Below, one piece after another: positions 62,522-64,000 of a DNA stretch of 64,000 bases; position 1 is the stretch's first letter, and each line of letters opens with the position of its first letter. This DNA comes from a virus (taxonomy: Duplodnaviria; Heunggongvirae; Uroviricota; Caudoviricetes). Below the pieces are notes generated by a model. The model ran no database searches. It was not told the DNA's origin and worked only from the letters and a program-made list of their open reading frames with translations. The stretch is taken from the IMG/VR virus record IMGVR_UViG_3300021255_002251; one strand, given 5' to 3'. A program made the translations under genes and the position numbers.

Positions 62522-63282
62522 GCGGTTCTCCTACTTATAGCAACAGCATGATGATGTGCCGCCTGCAGTGTAGGGCTAGGGTCTCCATCTTCTCCTATGC
62601 CAAATGTCTGCCTATCGCCTTTCCCGCCATCTTTACCTATAACCATTGAATTGATGGGGACACACACAACATGAACATCATGACCATGCATCGAGTTTAT
62701 TGTCGGACATGAGCCGTCTTGTGAAACAACATTATTCCCCTTGCTCCCTTGAAAGTTTAGTACAATAGGAGTGCTAGGCTTTATCTTTTTTATCGTAAGA
62801 GCACCTGCGCAATTTCTCCCATGGGAGCAGGTAAGCGTCTTGCTGACTTCCTTATCCAATGCCATGTCATAAGAGGCCACAGGATCCATCCCATAAGACT
62901 TCACGATGAATGGGCGATTGTTGCCGCTCATCCCAGCAGCGGCATTTATCGTTGGGGCGCACTCCTCCATGAACCCCCTAGTAACGCAATGGTCTTGCGG
63001 ACTAGAAAAGCAGGTAACTACAAGAGGGTTGTTGTTTGACGGACCAAGATTGTGTGTAGCTCCCATACAAGGTGCTACATCCACCTCTCTAATGTCGGAA
63101 GTCGTCTGATGGTTGCTATAGAACTTCCTCTTCTTCCGCTTCATCTTCATCACAACTAGTTTGCGGTCGTAAGCATCTTCGCCATTTGGCGTGCTAGGCC
63201 CTGTCTTGATTCCGTCCCTTGCACATAGTGTACCTGCAAAATCAAGAGGGAAAAGCAATGAGTATTTGCCCTTGTCAATCAT
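62518..63282 (-). CDS. hypothetical protein (254 aa)
   Basis: ORF; weak MTase-like fragments, not assigned. Confidence 0.4.
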   Translation of the reverse strand: MIDKGKYSLLFPLDFAGTLCARDGIKTGPSTPNGEDAYDRKLVVMKMKRKKRKFYSNHQTTSDIREVDVAPCMGATHNLGPSNNNPLVVTCFSSPQDHCVTRGFMEECAPTINAAAGMSGNNRPFIVKSYGMDPVASYDMALDKEVSKTLTCSHGRNCAGALTIKKIKPSTPIVLNFQGSKGNNVVSQDGSCPTINSMHGHDVHVVCVPINSMVIGKDGGKGDRQTFGIGEDGDPSPTLQAAHHHAVAISRRTA

Positions 63283-63506
63283 CCGTAGAAGTCCTCATCC
63301 GCTTTTTTCTTCTTCGCAGCCGCATCCTCTTCATCGACATCTTCCATCTCATCGTATGCGCACTGCATAATCAAATCCCCAACTTCTTTACGAGCTTTTA
63401 CCGCCCATGCATGAACCTTCTTATCCCTTTGTGCCCGAGAAAGTTTCTCCACAGTTGAAAGAGAGTTTCGATACAGATCCAGAATTACTAGTCTTGGGAT
63501 TTCCAT
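63279..63506 (-). CDS. small acidic hypothetical protein
   Basis: 75-aa ORF with a stop/start overlap with its neighbour. Confidence 0.3.
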   Translation of the reverse strand: MEIPRLVILDLYRNSLSTVEKLSRAQRDKKVHAWAVKARKEVGDLIMQCAYDEMEDVDEEDAAAKKKKADEDFYG

Positions 63507-63507
63507 T

Positions 63508-63771
63508 CTACCTCTTCCTCCTCTTATTTATGCAGACGTATGTTGTCTGGTGAGTCCCAGGCTCTGCGGAGACGCATCCTGCAACATCTCCTAGCATTCT
63601 AACCTCTTCCCTAGTGTTCTGTGCAAAAGCATTAACCTTCTTTCTCGGCTCACACACAATCAAAGCATGTGCTTTCCCCGCATTCTGCATAATCGTAGGT
63701 GCCACATCCTTTGATAGAACCTGCATCACCTGCCCCCCCTGATCATCAAGAAATATGCGCTCACCATTCAT
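63508..63771 (-). CDS. small hypothetical protein
   Basis: 87-aa ORF. Confidence 0.3.
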   Translation of the reverse strand: MNGERIFLDDQGGQVMQVLSKDVAPTIMQNAGKAHALIVCEPRKKVNAFAQNTREEVRMLGDVAGCVSAEPGTHQTTYVCINKRRKR

Positions 63772-64000
63772 GGTCTATGCTTCCCCATAACAATGCATAC
63801 AGAAGCATCGTGGCATCCAGCAGACAATGCTTGCGCTATGTCCTTGCTCCAAGGCTTTGAACTTTTATCGCTCTGTTTATACTTGAATCCAAATACGATG
63901 GTAGCAACCTGATGGCATACGGCTACAGTCTGTGCAACCTCCTTTGTGCATGGGTACATAGACCTATTCTGGGTGTTTATGCCGTATGCTACAACTCGTT
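63768..64000 (-). CDS. hypothetical protein, probably partial (reading frame stays open upstream to the window end)
   Basis: The frame of the 63-aa ORF remains open through 64000 (..RVVAYGINTQNRSMYPC..). Confidence 0.3.
   Translation of the reverse strand, partial: RVVAYGINTQNRSMYPCTKEVAQTVAVCHQVATIVFGFKYKQSDKSSKPWSKDIAQALSAGCHDASVCIVMGKHRP

Noticed and set aside
1-64000. crAss-like / Bacteroidetes phage assignment (suggested by BspA-LRR fibre, anaerobic RNR, large tRNA set)
   Set aside because: Promoters are canonical sigma70 TTGAAA-18-TGnTATAAT and genes have Shine-Dalgarno sites. No TAnnTTTG -7 elements were seen. No evidence of stop-codon recoding: all long ORFs read cleanly in the standard code.

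Overview
This window looks like one long stretch of a tailed, probably virulent, bacteriophage genome, with almost every gene on the minus strand. The basis is read directly from the sequence: two giant tail-fibre genes, a RecT/YqaJ recombination pair, a DnaG-type primase, a portal-like protein, nucleotide-metabolism genes (anaerobic ribonucleotide reductase NrdD/NrdG, dUTPase, ThyX-like, NUDIX), three DNA methyltransferases, and a tRNA array of about 16 genes. Expression signals are sigma70-type: TTGAAA, an 18-nt spacer, then TGnTATAAT, often preceded by a conserved GGGGGTGTAG box, and Shine-Dalgarno sites are present. This, together with NrdDG, argues for an anaerobic host that is not a Bacteroidetes.

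The main finding is a compact RNA-guided nuclease locus at 24826-26760 inside the phage, in this order:
- the dUTPase gene;
- six nt later, a mini CRISPR array of five 36-bp repeats and four 30-bp spacers;
- a 324-nt ORF-free region that contains an imperfect anti-repeat and looks like a tracrRNA/omegaRNA-like scaffold;
- a 436-aa IscB-like protein carrying all the expected motifs (PLMP domain, RuvC-I, arginine-rich bridge helix, HNH, RuvC-III).

Other observations worth a second look:
- tRNA-like units arranged in permuted order (3' half, 9-nt linker, 5' half), interleaved with seven copies of an AATAGGAAC / ATAGGAACTTCCTAT palindromic motif.
- Ala tRNAs with mismatched acceptor stems, and a Thr tRNA with a long extra arm.
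- A 1-kb ORF-free, structured-looking region next to the tRNAs.
- Two tandem DUF2829 (Tad2-like) genes.
- A caspase-like lipoprotein, a flotillin, an MFS transporter and a secreted non-specific nuclease.
- An HsdM-like methyltransferase that lacks its catalytic motif, stop/start-coupled to a Dam methylase.
- An RNA ligase with a tRNA-binding domain.
- A partial MetK at the window edge.
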